Positions 1 to 8,104 of a stretch of 64,000 nt of DNA are shown in pieces. Location: assembly GCA_051439425.1 (NCBI GenBank), contig JBFRWD010000075.1:14069-78068 (forward strand). Reading direction: 5' to 3'. Position 1 is the first letter of the stretch, and every line of letters begins with the position of its first letter. The notes beneath the pieces were generated by a model. It was not told the origin of the DNA. It made no database searches and saw nothing but the letters and a program-made list of their open reading frames with translations. Both the position numbers and the translations under genes were made by a program. This DNA comes from Synechococcus sp. (lineage in GTDB: Bacteria; Cyanobacteriota; Cyanobacteriia; Thermostichales; PCC-7336).

Positions 1-540
1 AACGTTTTATTCTTGCGCAGCCCGAACGAACGAACGAGGTGGGAGGAAATGTTACCGGTAGTGGCCGAGGCCCGTCGTCTCAAAATGGGAGTAGTTTTGC
101 TGGGCTTGCATTCAGTCGCTGGACTCGGCCGAGCGGAGATCGTCAACCTGTGGATACGGCCACAATCAGAAACATTGCCACTATCAGAGCGACTTCAGAA
201 AGGCAGTAGCAATCTTGGGATTTTGATGGCGCTACGGCTAACGCGAGCCTGGAATGCCCAGCTTAATCTGATTGCAGCGGTGTCTGACGATTGCGACCCC
301 AAAGAAGCTAGACATTATATGGAGGAATTACGCGATTACTGCCGCGTTCCCATCCAGGCCCGCACGATTGTGATGGCGGGCAGTTTTGAGGACTGTCTAT
401 CGAAAGCTCCTCAATCGGATATGGACTTTATGGGATTGCAAACGGTGCCGGATTTCGAGTTCGTCCAAAAAGCGCTATCTCTGACAGGCTCTTCCTGCAT
501 TTTTACCAGTGATTCGGGCATAGAAAGTGCTTTAGCTTAG
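1..540 (+). CDS. C-terminal part of an amino-acid permease / cation-chloride cotransporter-like protein (5' end outside window)
   Basis: Frame 1 is open from the window edge. INLWIRP...NLGILMALRLTRAWNAQLNL...APQSDMDFMGL resembles the cytoplasmic C-terminal domain of prokaryotic SLC12/CCC-like permeases. Confidence 0.6.
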   Translation, partial: NVLFLRSPNERTRWEEMLPVVAEARRLKMGVVLLGLHSVAGLGRAEIVNLWIRPQSETLPLSERLQKGSSNLGILMALRLTRAWNAQLNLIAAVSDDCDPKEARHYMEELRDYCRVPIQARTIVMAGSFEDCLSKAPQSDMDFMGLQTVPDFEFVQKALSLTGSSCIFTSDSGIESALA

Positions 541-900
541 GGCTGGCTTTTCTCGTATTGAATTAAGAGCCCAACGGAAGATGGCGGATTGGGTATTGAG
601 TAACTGATAAGCACACCTGCACCCGACCCGACTCTGCGTTTTAGTGATCGCGTCGAACACTACATCCGCTATCGTCTCAACGATTCTTGAGCCGTCCTCA
701 ACATCGTGCACTAAACAACCAACCTCACCCCCTCCGCGATCTCAGACATCGGCTTCAGCACTTACTTCTGCTTCGGCACCTACTTCTACTGCTAAGGCTC
801 TACAGCGTGAAGGTTTTTGCAGTCTCGCGCCAGACGATCGCGCACACCGGTAAGATACTGCAGGTATTACAAGACCCAGACTTTAAAGATCCATACAGTA

Positions 901-1224
901 ATGAGCCAGACCTACTACTACCTTGCAGCTAGCAAAGCCTTCTTCGATTCGGAACCTTTTGATGAGGTACTGGCCGAGCGTCGACGCAACTATGCCGAGC
1001 GCAACAAGCCGATTGACTTTGAATACATCGAAAATCCAGCCTTCCTGCAGGCCCCTGAGTTCGCCGATCTACGTGGCAAACTCGATGCTCCTGCCGCTGC
1101 ATTGGTGTCGACCGATCCGAAGCTCGTGCGCTGGTTGAAATTGCGGTTAGAATTCGTCGAAATGGGTGAGTTTGCTGCCCCCAGCGACACCATCCCCGAT
1201 GCTATGGCTGCCCAGCCGGAGTAG
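901..1224 (+). CDS. ycf54: Mg-protoporphyrin IX monomethyl ester cyclase accessory protein Ycf54
   Basis: MSQTYYYLAASKAFF..EPFDEVLAERRRNYAE...IDF...PAFL...WLKLRLEFV is the Ycf54 signature. ATG at 901. Confidence 0.9.
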   Translation: MSQTYYYLAASKAFFDSEPFDEVLAERRRNYAERNKPIDFEYIENPAFLQAPEFADLRGKLDAPAAALVSTDPKLVRWLKLRLEFVEMGEFAAPSDTIPDAMAAQPE

Positions 1225-1229
1225 ATGCT

Positions 1230-1799
1230 TTGGGCTATACCTGCCCCCGCTGCCACGATACGTTTCTGTTCCAACCCGACCAATGCCCCACCTGCGCTGC
1301 TGACAGTTCTCGCAAGCAGCGTAGCAGTCGTGCGCGCGAGCGACGAGCCAGTTACGACACGCAGGGCAAGATTTCTGAATCGGAGTTCTGGCAACTGTTA
1401 AGGCTATATCCTTGCTGTCCGAGTTGTGGGGAACCGTGGGAGCGGACAGAGGGGGCAATCGCCCGCGACCACATTATTCCCATTAGCCGAGGGGGCCCCA
1501 ATACGTCTGCCAATATTCAACCGTTGTGCCAGACTTGCAACTTATGGAAGTCCGATCGTCTGATTTACTTCGATCGCGCTCTTCCCGGTCGCGTGACTGC
1601 CTTACCTGCTGTGCTGCGGCCAATTTTTGCAGCGATTGACGACTATCAGCCGCAAACCAACCAACAGCAGCTTTCGTTTATCTCTCAGTCGGATGAAGTG
1701 GCCTATCCTAATGCCACACCGGAAGCATTAGAGCGGCAGACTATTTCACAAACTTGGCAGGCGATCGAAGCTGAGAGGCCAACGACATACCGCCTTTAA
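1230..1799 (+). CDS. HNH endonuclease domain protein
   Basis: CPSCG...DHIIPISRGGPNTSANIQPLCQTCNLWK HNH motif, plus an N-terminal CxxC zinc ribbon. Confidence 0.85.
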   Translation: MGYTCPRCHDTFLFQPDQCPTCAADSSRKQRSSRARERRASYDTQGKISESEFWQLLRLYPCCPSCGEPWERTEGAIARDHIIPISRGGPNTSANIQPLCQTCNLWKSDRLIYFDRALPGRVTALPAVLRPIFAAIDDYQPQTNQQQLSFISQSDEVAYPNATPEALERQTISQTWQAIEAERPTTYRL

Positions 1800-1863
1800 T
1801 GGGTGTTTCAACAGCTTGTAGACAAATTCTAAGTAACGTAGCGAAATATCAAAATCAGACAGT

Positions 1864-1882
1864 CATGCCCTAGGGGGGCATG
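1864..1882. promoter_or_regulatory. Putative CsoR/RcnR-family (InrS-like) operator
   Basis: Palindrome CATGCCC-TAGGG-GGGCATG with a G/C tract, about 90 bp upstream of the Ni/Co uptake operon. Confidence 0.55.
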
Positions 1883-1974
1883 TCCGCAGCCTGGATCTTG
1901 TGTCACTATCGCCTGTAACTCTTGCCCAATAACTGTTCTGGATGATTTAGAGGAATTAAGAGACAAGGGGGATT

Positions 1975-2583
1975 ATGACGAGAAGGTGGCTGGTGAACAT
2001 TTGCCATTGGACATACAACTCGCTGTGCGGACTGAGTTTGGGGGTCGGGATATTTGCCATATCCCCAGCTTCATGGGCTCATGGTGTTAACGTCACTCAC
2101 GATGCCGGTGAAGCCGTGAGAGTGCAGGCGTCGTATGACTCCGGCGAGCCGATGGCTGCGGCGCAGGTATCGGTATTTGCTCCGGGCAATGTGGAGACGC
2201 CGTGGATAACCGGCACCACCGATCCGACTGGAAATTTCGCCTTCGTGCCCGATTTCACACAAACGGGTCGCTGGGAAGTGCAAGTGCGCTTGGCCGGTCA
2301 CGGGGATATCGTGTACGTGCCAGTCGAAGACGTCTCCACTGCCGCAGAACTATCGAGCAATGCATCTCAGAACACAGAAGAATCAGAATCATTAGCGCCT
2401 CCAGCGACTCGATCTCCGTCGCGAGCCGTTGCATCCCCTCCGCGATCGCCTGTAGGTCTATCCATTGGTCAAAAGCTTGTGATGGGAGCCGTGTTTTCCT
2501 GGGGATGTGTGGGCACCGCACTGTATGTCAAGCGGAAGACTATCAAGCCGAGTAACCCTGCCAAACAAGGGGGCCTTCTCTAA
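1975..2583 (+). CDS. Ni/Co ECF transporter accessory subunit (NikL/CbiL-like; signal peptide, beta-sandwich, C-terminal TM)
   Basis: Signal peptide ending WA-HG, YDSGEPMAAAQVSVFAP...GTTDPTGNFAF motif and C-terminal TM helix. Its stop overlaps the ATG of the next gene. Confidence 0.7.
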   Translation: MTRRWLVNICHWTYNSLCGLSLGVGIFAISPASWAHGVNVTHDAGEAVRVQASYDSGEPMAAAQVSVFAPGNVETPWITGTTDPTGNFAFVPDFTQTGRWEVQVRLAGHGDIVYVPVEDVSTAAELSSNASQNTEESESLAPPATRSPSRAVASPPRSPVGLSIGQKLVMGAVFSWGCVGTALYVKRKTIKPSNPAKQGGLL

Positions 2584-3317
2584 TGCATATCCCCGATGGT
2601 TTCTTGCCGACGCCACTGTGGTTGGGAGGCTACGCCATTTCAGGGACCGCTCTGTGGTTTTCCCTGCGTCAGATCGATCGCCTACCCAATCCGCAAGCAG
2701 GCGTGCCGAAAGCTTCTCTACTAACCGCAGCCTTTTTTGTAGCCTCCTGGATTCATATCCCGGTTCCGGTTCCAGGCGCTAGCGTCCATCTAATGCTGAA
2801 TGGATTGTTGGGGGTATTGTTGGGGCCATTTGCCTTTCCGGCTATTGCCATCGGATTGTTTTTTCAAGCGGTTCTGTTTCAACACGGTGGACTCTCCACG
2901 TTAGGGGTTAATGCTGCAGTGTTGGGAATTCCGGCCATGCTGGCATCGCAGCTCTATCGATTGAGATGGCGGTTGTCTTCAACTCATAATTCTTCAACTC
3001 ATAATTCTTCAACGCATAAATCTTTAACGCATAAGTCTTCAACACATCTGGATTCAAATAAATGGATGTCGGAGCGGTGGGTGACCGGTGCCTTTGCTGC
3101 AGTGGCTGGCGCGGGAGGTTTGTTGCTATCGGCAGTCGTGTTTTGCGCGCTGTTAATCGCTGTCATTCCAGCCTCGTTTGACGTACAGGCCGAGCGAATA
3201 GCGATCGCCTCCTTGACTGTGGCTCACCTGCCGCTAGCCCTGCTGGAAGGCGCCATGACGGCAGCTGTTGTGCTGTTTTTGGAGCGGGTCAAGCCTACTT
3301 TGCTGCAACAGCTATGA
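2583..3317 (+). CDS. nikM: Ni/Co ECF transporter substrate component (NikM/CbiM)
   Basis: N-terminus MHIPDGFL (NikM-type rather than MHIMEG), plus SVHLMLNGLLGVLLG and FQHGGLSTLGVN. Confidence 0.85.
   Translation: MHIPDGFLPTPLWLGGYAISGTALWFSLRQIDRLPNPQAGVPKASLLTAAFFVASWIHIPVPVPGASVHLMLNGLLGVLLGPFAFPAIAIGLFFQAVLFQHGGLSTLGVNAAVLGIPAMLASQLYRLRWRLSSTHNSSTHNSSTHKSLTHKSSTHLDSNKWMSERWVTGAFAAVAGAGGLLLSAVVFCALLIAVIPASFDVQAERIAIASLTVAHLPLALLEGAMTAAVVLFLERVKPTLLQQL
2976..3050 (+). repeat. In-frame 15-bp tandem repeat x5 (SSTHN-like) inside nikM
   Basis: tcttcaactcataat x2, tcttcaacgcataaa, tctttaacgcataag, tcttcaacacatctg. Confidence 0.9.
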
Positions 3318-3355
3318 GCCGGGTTTAACTAGACTGGCACTAACAGGGGTCTGGA

Positions 3356-4138
3356 ATGAAATCAATTGCGATCGATACCTACAGTCATTTGGACTCCCCC
3401 CTGCACCGGTGGGATGCGCGCGCCAAGTTGATTGGGTTGTTTGCCATCATGCTGGCCTTTGCCAGTATTCAGCAGTTGGTGTTGTTGCCGCTGCTGATGC
3501 TGCTCAGCGGTTTGGCGTATTGGCTGTCAAAGTTGCCCTATCACTTCTGGCGCGATCGCTTGCGCTGGCCGGGTCGCTTGCTATTTATGCTGGCGCTGGT
3601 GTTGCCATTTGCAGGGGGACAGGTGGAGTGGCTGCGATTGGGGCCGATTGCTATTTACCAAGATGGGGTAATGACCTTATTGCAGGTAACGACTCGCGCC
3701 ATCTCGATTCTGACAGTAGGGTTAGTGTTGTTCGGAACCACTCCATTCCCCACTCTGATCTCTGCGACGCGATCGTTGGGGCTTCCCGCCATCTTGGCTG
3801 ACATGGGGTTGCTCACCTACCGCTACCTCTACGACTTGGGCAGCACCCTCGACACCATGCAAACCGCCCTCCGTTTGAGAGGACTGCGGATAACTCGACT
3901 GCAGCGGTCTCAGGTTCCAGTGGTGGCATCGCTAATCGGGTCTTTATTAGTGCGCAGTTACGACCAATCCGAGCGCATTTACTGTGCAATGCGGCTGCGG
4001 GGGTATGGCGATATTCCTCAACCCCAAACTCGCCTCTGGCCCTCACGCCGTCACCTATGGGGAACGGGAATAGCGCTAGCGATCGCGCTCGGCTTGCTAT
4101 CCGCTGAGGGGGGGTGGAGCCTGCTGCCGCTGACGTGA
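3356..4138 (+). CDS. cbiQ: Ni/Co ECF transporter T component (NikQ/CbiQ)
   Basis: SPLHRWDARAKL...YRYL...ALRLRG...LLVRSYDQSERIYCAMRLRGY. Confidence 0.9.
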   Translation: MKSIAIDTYSHLDSPLHRWDARAKLIGLFAIMLAFASIQQLVLLPLLMLLSGLAYWLSKLPYHFWRDRLRWPGRLLFMLALVLPFAGGQVEWLRLGPIAIYQDGVMTLLQVTTRAISILTVGLVLFGTTPFPTLISATRSLGLPAILADMGLLTYRYLYDLGSTLDTMQTALRLRGLRITRLQRSQVPVVASLIGSLLVRSYDQSERIYCAMRLRGYGDIPQPQTRLWPSRRHLWGTGIALAIALGLLSAEGGWSLLPLT

Positions 4139-4223
4139 CAGCCGTGCATTTTTCAGGCTGGCCGAACTCGCTCAACGAACCCCTTCCTTATCCGCGTGCC
4201 CTCTCTTCTCCATCCTCTGTCCT

Positions 4224-5117
4224 TTGCCTTTGCTTGCCATGACCGCCCTTTCTCCTCGTCCCCAATCCGATCTCGCCCAGTCTGCCCATGACATTACTTT
4301 GTCTGAGGTTGTTGCCGGCCTGGATAGTCGAGGGGCTCGCCCGATCGCCCTTTCGGTGCGGGATGTGTGTTTTGACTATGACGCAGGTGCGGGGATTAAT
4401 AAAACTCCTGTTCTTCAGCATTTAGATTTGACGGTATATGCTGGCGATCGCGTCGGCGTCATTGGCTGCAATGGAGTGGGCAAGACGACGCTATTTCACT
4501 CTATTTGCGGAGTGCTGACACCTGCATCCGGAGACATTGAGTTATTCGAGCGGCTCGTGCAGCCCGGTCATTTTTTGCCAGATGTGGGGCTAGTGTTTCA
4601 AGATCCGAACGATCAGCTTTTTTCCTCGCGAGTGTGGGATGACATTGCCTTTGGGCCGCAAAATATGGGGCTGACTGATGATGACGTTCATCGCAGGGTA
4701 GAGCAGGCAATGCAGGTGACGGGGACGCAGTCGCTGGCCGATCGCCCTCCCCACCAACTGTCGGGGGGGCAGAAGCGAATGGTGGCGATCGCGAGCATTT
4801 TGGCCATGCAGCCCAAGTTGACCATTTTTGATGAACCCAGCGCTAACTTAGACTGCCGCTCTCGTCGCCGCTTGATTCATTTCTTACAAGAGATGTCTCA
4901 CACGATTCTGTTGGCGTCTCACGACCTCGAATTAGTGCTGGAGGTATGCGATCGGGTGGTGATTTTGGATGGCGGACAGGTGGTGGCTGATGGTCCTGTT
5001 CGGCAGGTGATGGCCAATCGCGACATCATGGAGTATCACGGCCTGGAATGCCCGCACTCGTTGACCCACACCCACACATATCCTGCGCAGAACGCTTCGC
5101 AAAATGCCGTACACTGA
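4224..5117 (+). CDS. cbiO: Ni/Co ECF transporter ATPase (NikO/CbiO); exact start uncertain
   Basis: Walker A GCNGVGKTT, VFQDPNDQLF, LSGGQKRMVAIA, FDEPSANLD. Confidence 0.9.
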   Translation: MPLLAMTALSPRPQSDLAQSAHDITLSEVVAGLDSRGARPIALSVRDVCFDYDAGAGINKTPVLQHLDLTVYAGDRVGVIGCNGVGKTTLFHSICGVLTPASGDIELFERLVQPGHFLPDVGLVFQDPNDQLFSSRVWDDIAFGPQNMGLTDDDVHRRVEQAMQVTGTQSLADRPPHQLSGGQKRMVAIASILAMQPKLTIFDEPSANLDCRSRRRLIHFLQEMSHTILLASHDLELVLEVCDRVVILDGGQVVADGPVRQVMANRDIMEYHGLECPHSLTHTHTYPAQNASQNAVH

Positions 5118-5147
5118 ATTCGTCTGACGCATCGGTTTAATACATCT

Positions 5148-5237
5148 ATGGATATCGTTACCCTCGGCTGGGCTGCCGTTCTAGCATTTTTTGTGTTCTC
5201 CATTTCCTTCGTTGTGTGGGGGCGCGGCGGCATGTAA
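5148..5237 (+). CDS. petN: Cytochrome b6f subunit VIII PetN (29 aa; not in ORF track)
   Basis: Manual translation [29 protein letters not shown]. Confidence 0.92.
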   Translation: MDIVTLGWAAVLAFFVFSISFVVWGRGGM

Positions 5238-5499
5238 TGCCCCCTGCTTGTCGTTGCCCGATTGAGTTGCGGTCTACATCAGTGCTTGCAGTACTGGCGG
5301 CACTCCGAGCCACCTGACTCGGGCACATCTTAATTGGGGCTAGATGCCACGTTTGGCATGACCAACATGACCAGCGTCATGAATCCGCGATCGCTTAATC
5401 CCCAGATTGCAATTATCTAATCCCAGATTTCAATCTTCTATTTCTGAAGTTGAGGATCGGTCCTGGTGACGATCGAGCCCCACTGTTGAGGACGAGCAC

Positions 5500-5655
5500 A
5501 TGTTTCTTGAATCCACCTCTGCGCTGGTACAGCAGTTTGCCTTTGGCCTACTGATTTTATTGTTGGGTGGAGTGACGCTGGGTGTGGGATACCTGACAGT
5601 ATCTGACTGGCGCGATCGCAAGCGCCGTAAACAGTCGTCCCCTTCGCGGAAGTAA
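5500..5655 (+). CDS. Small single-TM cyanobacterial membrane protein (51 aa; not in ORF track)
   Basis: MFLESTSALVQQFAFGLLILLLGGVTLGVGYLTVSDWRDRKRRKQSSPSRK*, with a GAGGA RBS upstream and a TM helix followed by a basic tail. Confidence 0.7.
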   Translation: MFLESTSALVQQFAFGLLILLLGGVTLGVGYLTVSDWRDRKRRKQSSPSRK

Positions 5656-5914
5656 AGGTTTGCGGACATAAGGTTTGTTGTTCCCCGATTCGCGTCCCCC
5701 ATTTGGTGGGAAATGCTGAGTCCATTGGCTTAAATGTTTTACTCGGATTTGTGTCGATTTCAGTTTGAGAGTTGCGTTCGAGCGGCTGTAGTTTAGGCAG
5801 GGGAAAGGCTTGGAGCTCTGTCGATACCTTGGCTGCAAAATGTCACTCTCTGATACGATCTGGGTGATGCTGTTTTAAGTTATGCAAACAGTCAAACGCT
5901 GCGAGGTATAGCGG

Positions 5915-6991
5915 GTGCGCATTGCCGTTGACGCCATGGGAGGCGATTACGCCCCTGCCGAAATTGTGAAAGGAGCCCTGCTGGCTCGCGACGAATACGC
6001 TATTGAAATATTGTTGGTGGGTCGCCCTGACGCTATCCGCCCTCACCTGCCGCAGTCGCTACCGCGTGGTATCGAGATTGTTGAGGCGGAAGACGAGATT
6101 GGCATGAGCGAAGAGCCAGCTGTGGCGATTCGCCGCAAACGGAAGGCCTCGATTCGCATCACTATGGATATGGTGCGCAAGGGTCGGGCAGATGCCGCTG
6201 TGGCCGCTGGTAATACCGGGGCTGCGATGGCAGCGGCTCTACTACGGTTGGGTCGCATTCCTGGAATTGACCGTCCGGCGATCGCTGCGTTAATGCCCAC
6301 ATTGCTACAAAAGCCAGTCATGTTGCTGGATGTGGGCGCCAATGTTGATGCCAAGCCGAAGTACTTAGAACATTTCGCGATTATGGGCTCCATCTACAGC
6401 CAGTACGTGCTGGGTGTGAGGGAGCCGCGAGTCGGATTGCTCAATATTGGTGAAGAATCCAGCAAGGGTAACGATCAGGTGATTACTGCTTACCAGCATT
6501 TGTCGAGTGTGAGCCACATTAACTTTGCTGGCAACGCTGAAGGTCGTGACGTGCTGACTGGCGATTTTGACGTTGTTGTGTGCGATGGATTTGTTGGCAA
6601 CATCCTGCTGAAATTTGCTGAAAGTGTGGGCATGGTGGCCACCCAAATTTTGCGAGAAGAACTGCCGAGAGGCTGGCACGGAAAGTTGGGGGCGACGATT
6701 TTGAAGCCCAACCTCAAGAGTGTGAAGCGACGGATGGATTACGCCGAGTATGGTGGCGGATTGTTGTTGGGGGTGAATGGGGTTTGCATTATTACCCACG
6801 GCAGCTCGAAGGCTCCGATGGTGTCGAATGCCATTCGCTTGGCCAAAGAAGCGGTAGAAGCGGATGTGATCGAGCGCGTCCATACTGAGGTAATTGCTGC
6901 GCAAGAGGATATTGATCGCAGCGAGGAGAAAAAAAAATTGACCCCCCTAGAGCCGGTCGCGTCTGCGAAAGCTTCTGATGCTTCTAGATGA
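5915..6991 (+). CDS. plsX: Phosphate acyltransferase PlsX
   Basis: MRIAVDAMGGDYAP, GNTGA, GIDRPAI, LLDVGANVD, VVCDGFVGNILLK. Confidence 0.97.
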   Translation: MRIAVDAMGGDYAPAEIVKGALLARDEYAIEILLVGRPDAIRPHLPQSLPRGIEIVEAEDEIGMSEEPAVAIRRKRKASIRITMDMVRKGRADAAVAAGNTGAAMAAALLRLGRIPGIDRPAIAALMPTLLQKPVMLLDVGANVDAKPKYLEHFAIMGSIYSQYVLGVREPRVGLLNIGEESSKGNDQVITAYQHLSSVSHINFAGNAEGRDVLTGDFDVVVCDGFVGNILLKFAESVGMVATQILREELPRGWHGKLGATILKPNLKSVKRRMDYAEYGGGLLLGVNGVCIITHGSSKAPMVSNAIRLAKEAVEADVIERVHTEVIAAQEDIDRSEEKKKLTPLEPVASAKASDASR

Positions 6992-7078
6992 TGCCTTCGC
7001 AAGACTGTCCTCGTAACCCTTGCATCGAAGACCCGCTTGCCTTTTGCCCGTGCTGCTTATCTGTAACTGCGAACCACT

Positions 7079-8104
7079 GTGACTGTCGATTCTCCTGCCT
7101 CCAATTCTCTCAACTCGGTACAACTAGTTAGTGTGGCGACGGCTGTTCCTGAGACAGTTTTGACGAATGACGAGCTGGGACAGATTGTCGATACCTCCGA
7201 CGAATGGATTCGCCCCCGCACCGGAATTCGCGAACGTCGCATCTTAGAGCCGAGTCGCACTTTGGTCGATCTTGGTGCGGAAGCCGGTCGGTTGGCGATC
7301 GCGCAGGCTGGCCTTGAGCCGATGGACATTGACCTAATTGTGTTGGCGACATCTACCAGTAGCGAACGATTTGGGGCGGCTGGTGCCATTCAAGGACAGT
7401 TGGGAGCCAAGCGAGCGGTGGCGTTTGACCTAACGGCGGCTTGCACTGGGTTTGTGTATGCGGTGGCGACGGCGGCGCAGTTTTTGCAGACGGGGGTGTA
7501 TCGGCGGGCATTGATTGTGGCGGCAGATGTGTTGTCGCGCACAGTGGATTGGAGCGATCGCCGTACCTGCGTTCTATTTGGTGATGGTGCCGGAGCGGTT
7601 GTATTGGAAACTGGTTCGACTCAGGGATTGCTGGGGATGGAGTTGCGTACGGATGGTACGGGCAGCGATTTGCTGACGTTAGAGAATAAGTCGGAATCGG
7701 TGGAGCTGACTGACTCCATTTCTGTAGGGCAGTATCGCAATCAGTTCATTGCCATGAATGGGCGCGAGGTTTACAAGTTTGCGGTGCGAGAAGTGCCGGA
7801 GGTCGTGGAGAAGACGCTGTTTCGGGCGGGTCTGGATGCGGCGGATGTGGATGGATATTTCATGCATCAGGCGAATCAGCGGATTTTGGATGCGATCGCC
7901 AAACGCCTGAAAGTAGACAATGACCGGTTTGCGAGCGTTCTCGATCGCTACGGCAATACCTCAGCGGCGTCGATTCCGTTGGCGCTGGCGGATTGGGTGG
8001 AGTCGGGCAAGTTGAAGACCGGACAGACGGCGCTGGCGGCAGGGTTTGGTGCAGGACTGACTTGGGGGGCGATCGCTTTTAAGTGGGGGCGATTGGACGG
8101 TTAG
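7079..8104 (+). CDS. fabH: Beta-ketoacyl-ACP synthase III
   Basis: DTSDEWI..RTGIRERR, AACTGF, FGDGAGA, HQAN, GNTSAASIP. Confidence 0.97.
   Translation: MTVDSPASNSLNSVQLVSVATAVPETVLTNDELGQIVDTSDEWIRPRTGIRERRILEPSRTLVDLGAEAGRLAIAQAGLEPMDIDLIVLATSTSSERFGAAGAIQGQLGAKRAVAFDLTAACTGFVYAVATAAQFLQTGVYRRALIVAADVLSRTVDWSDRRTCVLFGDGAGAVVLETGSTQGLLGMELRTDGTGSDLLTLENKSESVELTDSISVGQYRNQFIAMNGREVYKFAVREVPEVVEKTLFRAGLDAADVDGYFMHQANQRILDAIAKRLKVDNDRFASVLDRYGNTSAASIPLALADWVESGKLKTGQTALAAGFGAGLTWGAIAFKWGRLDG

Noticed and set aside
644..900. Short Ser/Thr/Leu-rich ORFs upstream of ycf54
   Set aside because: Low complexity, overlapping frames and no recognisable family.
1800..1974. Cobalamin riboswitch upstream of the ECF operon
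   Set aside because: No B12-box or GGGAA core was recognised by eye.
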